A DNA stretch of 64,000 bases from Pelagomonas calceolata. Lineage: Eukaryota. Made by a program: the position numbers and the translations under genes. The stretch spans positions 5,456,001 to 5,520,000 of the forward strand of contig CAKKNE010000001.1 of the NCBI GenBank assembly GCA_918797485.1. Reading direction: 5' to 3'. How positions within the stretch are numbered: the stretch's first letter is position 1; each line of letters begins with the position of its first letter. The notes under the pieces were generated by a model. The model did not search any database and had not been told where the DNA came from. It saw only the letters and a program-made list of their open reading frames with translations. Of the stretch, positions 10,931 to 22,600 are shown in pieces.

Positions 10931-11240
10931 CCTTTTTGGTCTAAAACGCTTCGAAGAAGGCAAGGCACTGGTGCGCAGAACGATACCCGTGGCGCGACGC
11001 GTTTTGGGAGAGGTTCATGATCTCGCACTCACGATGAGGTGGACTTACGCGGCGGCGCTCTGCGACGACCCCGGCGCCACGCTCGACGATCTCCACCAGA
11101 GCGCGACGACGCTCGAGGACACGACACGGATCGCGCGGCGCGTGCTGGGAAGCGCGCATCCGGAAGTAGTGAATATGGAGAAAACCCTGCGAAACGCGCG
11201 AGCCGCGCTCCGCGCCCGCGAAACGGGGAGTGCTCCGTAA
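10926..11240 (+). pseudogene. 5'-truncated TPR-like helical-repeat fragment, copy 2
   Basis: LKRFEEGKALVRRTIPVARRVLGE...DPGATLDDL...RIARRVLGSAHP...ARAALRARET. Confidence 0.7.
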
Positions 11241-11282
11241 GTATCGAAGGGTAAAATTGTTAGCCGCGCGGAAAAGAAGCAC

Positions 11283-14200
11283 CTAGCAGACGCCCGCCAC
11301 GCACCGCGCCACGTCGCGCACGACGGCCTCCACGGGCACGGCGTTCCCCTGCACCTCGCCGAGCAGCGCCTCGAGCTCGCTCTCGTCCAATTCGACGCCG
11401 AGCTCCCGCAGCACCTGCCCCACGTCCGTCGGCGCGGCGACGGCGCCCGCGCCCGACCCGACCATGCCCCTCGCTCCAAGAAGTAACAACGCGCCGCCGC
11501 CCGCGGACACGCCGCGCCGCGCGTGGCGCTTGAAGGCGTGGCGCAGCCGCACCGCCGCCGTCTGCGCGTTACCAGAGAAGGCCACCGAGTTCTTGAGCTT
11601 GTCCCTCACACTATTGCGCACGTCGACGGGGCTCCTTCGACCCGACTTACGGGCCTCGAGGCGCTTCTCCCGTGCATCCAAATCATCCCCCCGAAACTCC
11701 TCGGCGCCCGCCGCCCGCGCTATTAATGAAGGGTCGGCAGGTAAAGCGTCGACCATCGGCCGGATGCGCTTCTCGGGCGTCGCCGTCTCCCAGCGCATGT
11801 GGAGCTGGTCGCCGTCGTAGTAGTGGCGGTGGTAGTGCGTCTGGTTGCGCTGGCCCGCCCTTCCTACCTCGTCCACCAAGCTGTGCTCCTCGTTCGGCAC
11901 GAGCGAGGGCCCGAGGTCGTCGCCGTCGCCGTGGTAGCGGTGGAAGTGGCGCAGCGACTCGCCGCCAGCCTGTGTGGATAGAATTCGTGACGCGTCGCGG
12001 CGATGGCGTGGGGCGCTCATACGCCATCGACGCGACACACCAGAACGTTGCGACAACGAAGGGGGACGCCGCGCCCGGACCACGCCCTCCCTATAATGTC
12101 TAGCGTGCTCCTGCGGCACCAGGCCGTCCCCGAACTCGTCGCCGTCGTCAAAGTGTCTATGATAACGTTTGGGATCGCTCCCGAAGTGCCGCTTCTGCGC
12201 GATGGCAAAACTCCCATCTGACGAAAAGCCGCCGACCGCGCCCGCCCGATTGCTAATGTCGACGTCGACCATCCTCCTGCCTTTATTGGGCGGCTGGCCG
12301 TCGCTGCCGACCCAGCCCGGGAGTAGTGGCGTGTGGGCCGCGTCGTACTTGACCGCTAATGAGTCCTGCGTCAACCGGTTCGATGTTTTCTTAGGCACGT
12401 CCAGGTCCTTCCGCAGCCGCCGATCCTCGGCCAACACGCGAGACAACGTCTCGTACAACGCTGCATAGTCGACCTTGCCCTCGACGGCGCACCAGTCGCA
12501 GATGTCTTCTCGGTCTTTAGCATCTGAAACTAAGGCGTCCGCTCTCAAAGCGGCATCGAGCGCTCTAGTACCGCAATATCCAAAACCCTCGGCGTCGGCG
12601 GCCTCACATTTACGGGAGACGGCGTCCGACGCCCGCAGGACACGATAGCACGCCCTCCTGGCCGACGCGGAAATAGCAGAAAAACCTCGTCTACCTCGCA
12701 ACCTAGCAGCCCGTTCACGACAAGCGGCAGCCTCTTCCAAATGCCCCTGCCGCTCCAACCCAAGCAGCGCCCGCAAGGAATCGTCGCGCTCCTGCAAAAC
12801 TCTTCCATCGACATCGTACACTACATTGGAATGAACAATACCAGACGCCAGCCACCGCTCGACCCGATCTACGTCCGCCGCCGTGAAGGGCACGCAGCCC
12901 AAGTGCTGGGCCAGGCCCGAGATCTCACCTCTTGATAAAGACGAAGGTCCCGTTCGGAACTGCGACCTAGCTGTAGATGCCAACTTCTCGTCATTTTGAG
13001 CCGCTTGACGCATCCTTCTAGCTAATTCGGGCGTCCGCTCACCCAACCCCTCCTCCATGCGATCCGAACCGGCGCCCTCGACTGTTGGACCCCCAAAAAA
13101 GGGCTTCCGCGACGGCTCCCTGACACCTCTATGGATATGCCGCTTCGTCGTGTGGTCCCCACAACCATGGGGTGGAGGCGGTGGCGGCGCGTCCGCCGTC
13201 CAGAAGGGCGGCACGACCTTGCCTTCGAGGAAGTGCGTCTCCGATTTCCGTTTCGGCGACGGCGGGCAGACCGCAAAGTCACCCTTCGACGCGGGACGCT
13301 TCTCGACCATCTCGAGGTGGTTCCACCCATCAAACGCGCCCTCCGTCTCCTCGTCGGCGCGCCAGACGCCCGACGTGCGAGACGGGGGCCTCCGCGGCTG
13401 CCACAGGTTCCGGGGGTCCCCACCACAGGCAAAGGGCGCTTCCTCCCGCACGCATGTCGGGACCTTGGGCGGCTTCTCTTTTGTGGGCGGTAGGCGGAAG
13501 AACCGATCCAGAGAAGCAAGGGAACAGTCGCCTCGGCGACCAGCAGCACGCCACAACCCCAGCACGTCATCCGACCCCAGCGGCAGCCCGGCCCGCGCTA
13601 GCGCAGCACCTAAGCCGTCGGCGCTCGCGTCGACATAGAACGCTCTCGCTTCGGGCCAGACCTCCTCCGCTTCCCTCCACACGCCCGCGCCCGGCGCGTG
13701 GTGCTCTAGTCTTTCCGCATCCGCACCATCTAAGTCAAGAAGTAAACGGTAGTCGTGTCTACCATCGTCTCTCGGTGGCGCCACCCTCTTCAACACGTCC
13801 TTGGACGGAGCGGCCAAACCAGCGTCCCTACAAGCCAACGAAAACGCGTCGCCATGCAACGCGCCGAGGCCGCTCACGTCCAATCGTTCGCAGGCATCGG
13901 CCAACCGCTTCTTGAAGGCCCGGGCGTCGGCCAGGAAACACTGAGCCTCATGGTCGTACGTCGCGTTGATTTCCGCGAGGGGCGTCCTCTCTTCCTGTAA
14001 GGGACTGCGCCGCCAGTGCGCGCAGAGCGCCACCAAGACCTCGGCGTCGCAGCGGTTGCAGCGCGCATAATCTAAACTCTCGAAAAACCTCCGCTTCTCG
14101 TCCTTGTCTAGATTAATACCGCACGCGTCCAAGGCGAGGTCGAAGACGCCCGGCCGCACCAGCCCGTAGCCGTCGAGGTCGTAGCGGCGTAAAGCTGCTG

Positions 14201-14378
14201 ATAGCGTCGCGTCGTCGCACTTTGGCGCGGTCTGCACGGCGCGCTTCCAGGTCCTCGCGTTTGAGTGGGGCGCCGGCGACGCGAGCGCTCGTAGTAGGGC
14301 GCACTGCTCGCCCGATAATCGGGCTAGTTTTTTCGGGCGCAGCTTCAGGGCCGTTAATGGTTCGATGATGTCCTCCAT
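11283..14378 (-). CDS. Large hypothetical protein with several degenerate EF-hand-like motifs; probable in-frame intron about 11970-12080/12083
   Basis: 1031-aa ORF; RYDLDGYGLV, LDVSGLGAL, ADAEGFGYC. The putative intron has an ATCCACACAG acceptor and palindromic motifs. Confidence 0.65.
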   Translation of the reverse strand: MEDIIEPLTALKLRPKKLARLSGEQCALLRALASPAPHSNARTWKRAVQTAPKCDDATLSAALRRYDLDGYGLVRPGVFDLALDACGINLDKDEKRRFFESLDYARCNRCDAEVLVALCAHWRRSPLQEERTPLAEINATYDHEAQCFLADARAFKKRLADACERLDVSGLGALHGDAFSLACRDAGLAAPSKDVLKRVAPPRDDGRHDYRLLLDLDGADAERLEHHAPGAGVWREAEEVWPEARAFYVDASADGLGAALARAGLPLGSDDVLGLWRAAGRRGDCSLASLDRFFRLPPTKEKPPKVPTCVREEAPFACGGDPRNLWQPRRPPSRTSGVWRADEETEGAFDGWNHLEMVEKRPASKGDFAVCPPSPKRKSETHFLEGKVVPPFWTADAPPPPPPHGCGDHTTKRHIHRGVREPSRKPFFGGPTVEGAGSDRMEEGLGERTPELARRMRQAAQNDEKLASTARSQFRTGPSSLSRGEISGLAQHLGCVPFTAADVDRVERWLASGIVHSNVVYDVDGRVLQERDDSLRALLGLERQGHLEEAAACRERAARLRGRRGFSAISASARRACYRVLRASDAVSRKCEAADAEGFGYCGTRALDAALRADALVSDAKDREDICDWCAVEGKVDYAALYETLSRVLAEDRRLRKDLDVPKKTSNRLTQDSLAVKYDAAHTPLLPGWVGSDGQPPNKGRRMVDVDISNRAGAVGGFSSDGSFAIAQKRHFGSDPKRYHRHFDDGDEFGDGLVPQEHARHYREGVVRARRPPSLSQRSGVSRRWRMSAPRHRRDASRILSTQAGGESLRHFHRYHGDGDDLGPSLVPNEEHSLVDEVGRAGQRNQTHYHRHYYDGDQLHMRWETATPEKRIRPMVDALPADPSLIARAAGAEEFRGDDLDAREKRLEARKSGRRSPVDVRNSVRDKLKNSVAFSGNAQTAAVRLRHAFKRHARRGVSAGGGALLLLGARGMVGSGAGAVAAPTDVGQVLRELGVELDESELEALLGEVQGNAVPVEAVVRDVARCVAGVC

Positions 14379-14605
14379 GGCTGCCGCGTCGCTAGCACAG
14401 CTCCAAAACCGGCAGCGCGGCTAAAGCGCTCCGATTCGCGTCAACTGTGGTTTGCTGTTTCCGACGGTTGTGGGGCTACGCCGTGCAAACCACGCCACCC
14501 AGAGGCAAAGTAACGATCACGCAAGGTCCTGAACACTGTCCTAGCCCGTTGCTGTGCTCACGCGATTCGGTTCAGGCCAAAACGGCTTTGCGAGCTTGCC
14601 GTAGA

Positions 14606-14627
14606 GCTAGCGGCCGTAAGGCACTAG
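14606..14627 (+). promoter_or_regulatory. Bipartite CTAG-flanked upstream motif
   Basis: GCTAGCGGCCGTAAGGCACTAG between divergent genes. Confidence 0.6.
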
Positions 14628-14798
14628 AAAAAAAGCACAGCAATCGACGCAAGCCAAAGCGCTGCCTTCCCGCACTTGCCGAGGTACACAACAAGTTCCC
14701 AGCACTCCCTGAGCTGCTGTGACCAGTCCTGCCCAGTTTCAAGCGCGCCCGCGCCGCAGACGCACAGCTAAGCCCTGCACTGCGATAACACTGGTGCA

Positions 14799-15434
14799 AT
14801 GGCCGAACCGATCAGTGCAGCCGAAAGCAAAGCCGCCGAGGAGGCGGGCCAGAATCTGAATCCAGAAATCCATCGCGTGGCGCGACGAAAACGCATCACC
14901 ATCGACCTGCGAGGAGCGACGAACGGAGAAAGAGAGCCCGTCACAAGGGAAGAGATCTTCGACCTCATAAGAGACGTGCGGGACCCGGAGCACGAGGAGG
15001 CGACGCTCGAGGAATTGCGGGTTGCGAGAATCGAGGACGTGCACGTCGGGGAATCACCACCGTACGTCGACGTCTTTTTTACGCCGACGATCCCGCACTG
15101 CTCCATGGCGACGCTGATCGGTCTCTGTCTGTCCGTGAAACTACTACGATCATTGCCATCAAAATTCAAGCTGCGCGTGGCCATCGCGCCGGGCGCGCAC
15201 GCCTCGGAAGACGAAATTAACAAGCAGCTGGCGGATAAAGAAAGGGTCGCGGCCGCGCTCGAGAACCCCCATTTATTAAAGGTGGTGAACAAGTGCGTCT
15301 CGCAGTCGAGCAAGTTCCCGGAGCCGCTCTGGGCCCACGACGAACTTATACAAGGGGGGTTGCCCGTCTTGTTGCCGTTCGACCCCTACCGAGCTTTGGA
15401 ATGTGAGACTGATGAGGAGGATGAGTTAACTTAG
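14799..15434 (+). CDS. CIA2: Cytosolic Fe-S assembly component CIA2 (MIP18/FAM96 family)
   Basis: IFDLIRDVRDPEH, FTPTIPHCSMATLIGLC, INKQLADKERVAAALEN. Confidence 0.95.
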   Translation: MAEPISAAESKAAEEAGQNLNPEIHRVARRKRITIDLRGATNGEREPVTREEIFDLIRDVRDPEHEEATLEELRVARIEDVHVGESPPYVDVFFTPTIPHCSMATLIGLCLSVKLLRSLPSKFKLRVAIAPGAHASEDEINKQLADKERVAAALENPHLLKVVNKCVSQSSKFPEPLWAHDELIQGGLPVLLPFDPYRALECETDEEDELT

Positions 15435-17410
15435 AATGTGAGTACTTCCTTGGGGGCGAAGAGGTCGGGAGGGATGGATGTGGTGGGCTCGACCCTCAAA
15501 CGCCAGCCGTCCCAGGGGTTCGCCGCGATTCTAGCTTTGAGCGAGGCGGTCTGGCGGAGCGGGTCGCCGGCGCCTTCACTTCTTTGTCCGTTGCGCACCT
15601 CGACGACGGGGCGGAGGCGTCCCGTGTCGAAGCCGAAGCGCCTCAGTGAAACCTCGTAGACCCGGGACCCGTGCCGCACGCGTAGAGTTTGGGCGCCGAG
15701 GTCCGCGAACAAGTCGATGCGGTCCCCCGCGCAGACGGTTGCGGCGTCTTTGCCCGCCGTGGCGAAGCGGAAGGCGTCCCGGCCGTCGACCGACGCGTCG
15801 CCGTTCTCGGCACAAAGTAGCGGATGTTTGCCGGCTCGGAACCGCAAGACCCACGACGTCTGGCGTAAGAGCGCGCCCCTCCGGACTTGGCCATCGGCGG
15901 AGCGGGAAATCACCGAGAAGTGCTCGACGCGGCGCGTCTTGTCGAGACCGAGCCCGACCGCGAGGTGGGCGCGCCGCGCGTCGGGCGGCGGCGCCGCAAC
16001 GACGTGGACGGTCCAGGCCTGACGGCCCCGCGCCGGCGCCGTCGCGACGACGTTGACCCTCAGCGGTCCATTGACATGGGTCGTATCTAAAACGTTTCCG
16101 ATCTCGACGCTCGTCGCGTCACTCAGTCCAATATCGCGGGCCGCCTTCGCCCGCAGGCCGGGCGGCCCGAAGACGACCATCGCATCCACAATCTCGTCCA
16201 CGGACCTCGACGGGTTCACGCGAGCACAAAAGGCCGCGGATCCAGCGTCCCGCGCCAGGTGCCACGCAGCCTGGCGCGCCGTCGCGACGCGGCGCAGGGC
16301 CCGCTTGATGGCCGCGGCGGCGCCTTCGTCGGACGGCGACCGCAGGAGCGCGTCGGAGACGCGCGACCGCCGCGCGGCCGGCGCCTTGCAGAGCGGACAC
16401 GTGTCGCCGCCCCGCCGGCGCCACGCGGCGAGGCAGCTCGTGTGCAGCGCGTGGCCGCACCTGAGTATCGTCGCCTTGTCCCCGAGCGCGTCGAAGCAGA
16501 CGCAGCAGTCGTCCGACGCTCCCGCGGCGCGCCGCCGCGGGGGCGTCGCCTCGCCGTGGACCCGTCGGAGGTCGCGCCGCGTCGCCACGTCCACCGCGGA
16601 CGCCGTCGCCTTGGCGCACACGGAGAATCGCGCCGCGTCGCGGACGGCCAGGAACGACGCGACGCGCGCCACCGCCGTAGGCTTATCCCGCAGCGGCCAC
16701 GTACGAGGAGGAGGCTTGGCGGCGCCGACGCTCAAGGCTCGGCGGACGTTGGGCGAGAGGGCCGCGAGCGGCGCGCGCGCGTCGAGGGCCCGCCGCAGCC
16801 GCGCGACGGAGCGCGCCGCCTTCTCCACCGCCGGCGCGCGCGACCGCGGCGCCGGGCCCGCGCGCAGCACGCCCGCGGCCCAGGCTAATAGAGCCTTTGC
16901 ACCTTCGGTGTGACCCGAACCGACGGCGGCGACGGCGAGCGGCTTCGCAACGAGAGCTAATTCGCGGTTCGCGATCTCAGGCGCGAGCGCCTCGGACGCC
17001 TGCGCGGGGTGACGCCGTCACGGCACTGTTCCACAGCACGCCATTGCCGCGAGCGTCACTGAGGGACGCCGGGCGCGCACCGCCAACGCCAACTTGACGG
17101 CGTCCTCGGCGGCCGCCCAGTCGTCTCTCGCCACGCTGACTTCGGCCAAACCCGCTGAGGCTCGGATCACCGTGTACAGCTCGCGCGTCGACAGGGTCTC
17201 GGCGGCGCGTGCGCGCGCAGCACCAGCAACTGCGAGGAGTGTTTCTTCTGCGCCCGCGAGGTCTCCACACGCTGAAAGTGTTCTCGCGACCTCCAGTTCC
17301 TCCGACGCCCTGCGCATGGCTTGCGGTGCCGCCGGCTCATCTGTCCGCGGGAGCGCTGCCAGCAGCTCGGCGCCGAAGGATTTTAGCAAGTCGGTGCTCG
17401 GGGCGGCCAT
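15431..17410 (-). CDS. RING-H2 finger protein (putative E3 ligase); intron about 17000-17080
   Basis: CCVC...CGHALHTSC..W...CPLC. An 81-nt GTGCGC...CGCAG intron joins ORFs 17018-17410 and 15431-16870 in frame. Confidence 0.75.
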
Positions 17411-17551
17411 GCTCGGGCGCTACGTGCGCGGCGGCTCCAAAAAGCAGAGATCAAGGCGGGCTGACAGTGAAAGTGCTGCAGAATGCACGGAATTTGTTTG
17501 CCAGGGCGGTGGCTGGCCAGGAAAGGCTGGCAAAGTCTTAACGTGCTGAGG

Positions 17552-17574
17552 GCTAGCGGACTGTAAGGCACTAG
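17552..17574 (+). promoter_or_regulatory. Bipartite CTAG-flanked upstream motif
   Basis: GCTAGCGGACTGTAAGGCACTAG between divergent genes. Confidence 0.6.
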
Positions 17575-17828
17575 CGAACAGTAAAACCTGCTTTGGAAGC
17601 TGCGCTACTCGCGCACACGTGCAGCGCGACGCTGCGCCGCGGCGAAAGACGCAGCGGTGTGGCTGCGGTAGCAGCTCAGCATAACTTCGCGCGCATTAAT
17701 TGGGCCAAAAATGCCACACAACACCAAGTCTTGACCCAGCGGCGACACAGCGCTCGCGAGGAGCAAGCCGCGCGAAAGACACACAGCGCTCGCGGAGGAG
17801 CAAGCCGCGCGAAAGGCTCACAAAAAAA

Positions 17829-19463
17829 ATGCGCTGCAACCTCAACGCCTGCGTCGTCGCGCTCTGCGTCTTCACGATCGGGCTGCACGTCTACCTCCAC
17901 ACGCACCAGCGCGAAGCATTACGACCGGCACCGGAGGTGCGGGACCACCACCGGCCAAAGCCGCCCCGTCCCCCAAGATCACCGTCGCGAATCAGAGTCT
18001 CAAAATGGGGCGGTCGCATAAGAATAGGACGGTCCAGGCAAAACCGAGAAAAGGACCGGGCCATCGGCAAGGCCTCGATGTGGGACCGGAGATATGCGCA
18101 CTCGCCGCGGCCGCCGCACAACGCGACTGTGGACGACTGGCTGCCTCAGTTCGGCGGCGTCTGTACGCCCACCGGAGAAGACGAGGACGATGACTCATTA
18201 CCGGAGGACCAGAACGCTCGATCATTGTTCAAATCGACGCAAAATCGCATCAAGGCCTTTGAGCTCGTGAAGCACGCCCAGCGACGGCGACCGGCTTTTT
18301 CCGAAGAATTCATGTTACCGGACGGCTGCGTGCCTTTGCATAAGCGGACGTGGCGCGAGGCCTTCGAGGCGGACCGCAAGAAGCCGCAGGAGAAGCTTGG
18401 CGACTTAGATGACGTCGCCGGGGATGATGCTGATGATGATCAGAATAACGAGTGTAGCGCGGCGGCGTGCCTGCCGAACTTGTTTCTGATTGGCGCGTCG
18501 AAGTCCGGTACGACAACGCTCTATGAAGCTCTGGCAGCGCACCCACGCATCGCCCCCATGTATCCGGAGCCCCATACCCACGGCGAGACGCACGTCTGGA
18601 GCCCGCCCCAAGGGACGAACATCATGCGGCACGACGGCGAGAACACGTTACGAGCGTTGCGGCGGGCCTTACCTCTACAGCGGAAATCGTTAGCGAAGAA
18701 GGCTTTACAAGGGAGATGGCGTCTTGAGAATTCTAGGGATGGTCCATACTTCATACTAGAGTACACGCCCCATTACTTGGTGTTGGGCGGTCTGCGAGAC
18801 AAGATCTGCTCGTCTCTCCAATTAGGCAATGTAAACTGTATGAACGCGAGGTACATCGCCATGCTCCGGGATCCTGCCAAGAGAGCTTTCAGCCAGTACG
18901 TCATGAAGACGCACATGCGCGTCGCGTTGTATAATGACAAAAGGACGTTCTGGAAGGCGGTCACCGACGGCATGAAGCATACGGCGGACTATTCAAAGTG
19001 CTGGGACGACGCTCTGGGTTTATCGGTGAACGAGTCCGCAGCACATGAGGTGGCCTGGACGCGAAGTGAGAAGATCGGCGACCTAGCTTCCGGAAGGTGC
19101 GCCCCCATCAACTTCCACGGGAACCTCTTCCAGGCCTACGTGCTGAAGTCGGCTTATTATTATCAACTGCTGCCCTGGTTCGCGCACTTCCCTTCGCGCG
19201 TCTACGTTGATGTGTTAGAACGCTTCGACGATGCGGCTATACAAAGAATGGTGGCGTGGCTCGAACTCCCCTACGTCGGCGAGAACGGCTACAAAGATCA
19301 GGAGGCGGTCGTCGCATTGGCGGGCGCGAAGCGCAATGTGGCCAGAGACGGCGGCGTCTCGGCTTTGAGCGACGAGCACGCGGCGGCGCTCGATGACTTT
19401 TTTCGACCGATGAACCGCAAGCTCGATTTGTTACTGGGGCGGCGGACGGGCTATCCGGTCTAA
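17829..19463 (+). CDS. Type II membrane sulfotransferase (heparan-sulfate sulfotransferase-like fold)
   Basis: N-terminal TM; 5'-PSB PNLFLIGASKSGTTTL; 3'-PB MLRDPAKRAFSQY; FFRPMNRKL. Confidence 0.88.
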   Translation: MRCNLNACVVALCVFTIGLHVYLHTHQREALRPAPEVRDHHRPKPPRPPRSPSRIRVSKWGGRIRIGRSRQNREKDRAIGKASMWDRRYAHSPRPPHNATVDDWLPQFGGVCTPTGEDEDDDSLPEDQNARSLFKSTQNRIKAFELVKHAQRRRPAFSEEFMLPDGCVPLHKRTWREAFEADRKKPQEKLGDLDDVAGDDADDDQNNECSAAACLPNLFLIGASKSGTTTLYEALAAHPRIAPMYPEPHTHGETHVWSPPQGTNIMRHDGENTLRALRRALPLQRKSLAKKALQGRWRLENSRDGPYFILEYTPHYLVLGGLRDKICSSLQLGNVNCMNARYIAMLRDPAKRAFSQYVMKTHMRVALYNDKRTFWKAVTDGMKHTADYSKCWDDALGLSVNESAAHEVAWTRSEKIGDLASGRCAPINFHGNLFQAYVLKSAYYYQLLPWFAHFPSRVYVDVLERFDDAAIQRMVAWLELPYVGENGYKDQEAVVALAGAKRNVARDGGVSALSDEHAAALDDFFRPMNRKLDLLLGRRTGYPV

Positions 19464-19464
19464 T

Positions 19465-19580
19465 CGCGTCGACGGCGTCTGCTCGATGGCGTGGTGGCGG
19501 CGACGCGCGACGCCGCGGACTCGTCTGCTCGATGGCGGCCCAGAGAGGCCTCCGTCGGCCTCCACGCCATCGAGCAGACA
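19465..19580. repeat. Cluster of palindrome-forming CGCCATCG/CGATGGCG units between convergent genes
   Basis: GTCTGCTCGATGGCG twice and the inverted CACGCCATCGAGCAGAC; same units as inside the TIR introns; no TIR or TSD seen. Confidence 0.8.
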
Positions 19581-19627
19581 CAAGCCCCCGAAATTTGAGT
19601 TAACCTTATGTTATTAACACTCCTAAG

Positions 19628-22600
19628 TTAGAACTCGAGCGCCTCCCCGCACAAGAACCTCGTCATCAGTGCCCTCCTCACGTCCCACTTCGGGTCGCAG
19701 CCCTTCCCTTTATCAGAAGTGTAGCGCAGCCGTAGTCTACCGAACCGCCGCGGACCTCCGTCGTCTTTGTCGGGAGACGCCCACTCCGCCGGCAGCTCCC
19801 AGCCAGGGACGTAAGGGTCTTTTATAGACCATCTATAACCCTCATCATTCCAGTTCGCGCCCGGTTCACTCACAGCTAACTTCACGAGCACCTTGCACAT
19901 TTCTCTGTCTTCATACCGTCTTAAATCTAACACATAGACTCGTTCCGGGTGCAGCGGGTTCATTACGTTCAGCCACCCCAGTCGATGGACGAGCTCGTGC
20001 TGTTCTCGCGGCTCTAAGAACTTGAAGATCGTATGAAAATTCTCCAAATCCAAACACCGAGCATGGAGGATGACACACGCGTAGACGCGACAGAAATCAT
20101 GTGAAGGGAATTGTTTGATAATAAACTCGATCTGTTCCGTCGACAACCATAAGGACGTCGTCGCGACCCTTAGTAAAGCCAATCTATGGTAGACGATGCC
20201 GTAAGCTCGACAGGGCATGGACTTCGCGGCCTCCGAGGCAGATTGGACTTGTATAGGAAATACCTCGAACTCATCTATCGAAGGTTCGCCCTCGCTGTCC
20301 GAATGGTCGACAACTTCTTCGACGGCGGGCTCTTTCTTGCCCTTCTTCTTCTTGTCCTTCACCTTACGAGCCTTCTCCGCGGGCAGCCACTCCGTTACTA
20401 AGTAGGTAGACTGCTTGTACGCGCGCCACCTTGACACGACATCCCGCCGCTTGAGATACCACGGCAGCTCGCAGGCGAGAATTGTGGAACCACGCCGCAT
20501 TTTGACCCTTGCGTCGTCGTCCGACTCCTCGTCGGTCGTCGAGTCGTCTTCGAACGCGGGCGTCTCGGTCCTTGCTATTGATGCTCGTCGATACGAAGCG
20601 CGTCTCTCTTCCAATTGTTCTGCTTGAACAGCGCGTTCATCCTCCCGCCGCGCTTGACGCCAGGCTTCCGCGTCGGCGCGCTCCTCTTCAGGGATCGATG
20701 TGTCGTCCTCCTCCTCATCAGGTTCGACGCCGTAGTCCCGCTTCCGGCTCCCCACACCAACCCTCTGCTCATGACCGTGGTAGAACGACGCTAGGTTCCG
20801 CCGCAAAGGATTCATCGACTCGTAGAAGCTTGACACCCTTGATAATTCGCCCAAACCAAGCACCTTGCACAGGCTCAAGAATCTTTTCGTCGACAGCGCT
20901 TTGCAAGACCGCTTCGGTCTACGAGTAGACACGAAGTCGAACGTTAACCTACCTCTGATAGGGCAATCTGCGAAAAATGCCGAAGATAGTGATATAGCTT
21001 TACCTTCGTAAAACTCGTTCCGGTAGTTCGACCAGTCGCCCTTTTGCGACGTGTCGCTTCTGTTCGAGGACTTTGACGTTAAGGATTGGGCGTTGTTTAT
21101 TTCGCACAATTTCCTAGCACATAGTTTATCTCTCGGGTCCCTTAAGTCCAATGAGTAGAAACCAGATACACTACCAGTCACAGCGTCATACAAAGGACCC
21201 ATCGTTTCTCTCAGACGAACTCGCTGGTCCAAGCTCAAGTTCTTTTCTAGTAACAGACAAGCGTCATGCGTTGAAGCCATGACTGGCAACAGCTTCTCCA
21301 CGACATAAAACAAGTCCAAACTCATGACATCTATCAGTGATTGGGCCTGGTAGCAGGTAAAATAAACATCAGTGTTCGCTACGGCTCGCTCGAACAACTT
21401 CGTGCGGTCCGATTCTATGGCACACAATCGTAAGTTGCGCACGAAGCCGTCGTTCCCCAAATTCGTGCAGCACATGTCGTAGGACGGCGGGTGCGGTTCT
21501 TGTACAAAAATGATCTCGAGACCGCCCTCGTCCGGAATCTTCCATGCTTTATTTGTCTCCGCATCTAACAGTTCTGGTAAGGTTGTCGGCGGCTTGGCGA
21601 GGAACTTGGCCAGACTCCACTGCACGAACTCCTCCCGCTCTATGGTATTTGATTCGTCACTATCGAAGGATTCAATAATTCTAGTGGCAGCTTCTAGGGA
21701 GCTGTCGACGCATCCTAGATGCTGTAGACCTCTCTGCAACTCTCGTACGTCAATCGCTTCTGATCGATCTTCATCGATACCATCAAACAACGCAAAAAAC
21801 AAAGCACTCAAAACGCCGTCCACATCCTTCGCTATTGACTTGTCAAAATGTTCTGCTACGAACTGCATACAAGTTTCATCAGGCGCGAGACCCATGCTCT
21901 TCAGGCACTCCAGGATATATCCATGTAAATCCTTTTCTCGGCTACGAACAGCGGCATACAGACTCATAACCGCGTCGTACCAGGGCCTTTGGCTATCGGT
22001 CTCGTGCGACGACAGCGACGTCCTCTCTTTTTTACCTTTTTTGACCCGTTTCCGCTTGAACGTGAACTCGACCCGCCCTTTGCTCATGGGGTCCTCGTCG
22101 TCGTCCTTCTTCTTGTCCTTCTTTTCTTCCTCCTCGTCGTCCTCGGGTTCCGGCGGCTTGAAGGACCACACGCATTTCTGGAAGGAACAGCCCATCCTCG
22201 TGGAGGCCAGTTCGTACAAGCGACGAGCGATCATCTGCGAGTAGGGCGTGCGCATGTCCAATCTATATCGGCCCGTCGGATCGACCGAAGAAAACTGCAC
22301 GCCGCCGCCCCGAGCTCCTAGATCGGTGTCCACATCAGCACTCGCGAAGTCGATGTGTAGGAACCTCGATTCGGTCTGATGTCTTCTCAAAGCTGTTATG
22401 AGCGCTTCGGCACCTGCTCTACCGAGGGGGTTGCCCGCGACACTGAGGTAGTGTAATGTCGTGTTCGTTGCGAAGGATGCAGCGATCACAATGGCCGCTT
22501 GCGGCGACAAGGAGTTGTACGACAGATCTAATGACTGTAGAGTATTGTTGGAAGCTAGAGAAATGCCGAGGTATTGACCCGGCAAATCGCAGAACGCGTT

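Noticed and set aside
11970..12083. Intron with one TIR-like end (CTGTGTGGATA)
   Set aside because: No second TIR or TSD found and the donor is ambiguous (12080 or 12083), so it is not listed as an intact element.
17000..17069. Apparent TSD pair GCGTCCCT/GCGTCCGA suggesting an eighth introner in the RING gene
   Set aside because: A 70-nt intron shifts the frame into a stop; the 81-nt GTGCGC intron (17000-17080) keeps frame, and no TIR pair is evident.
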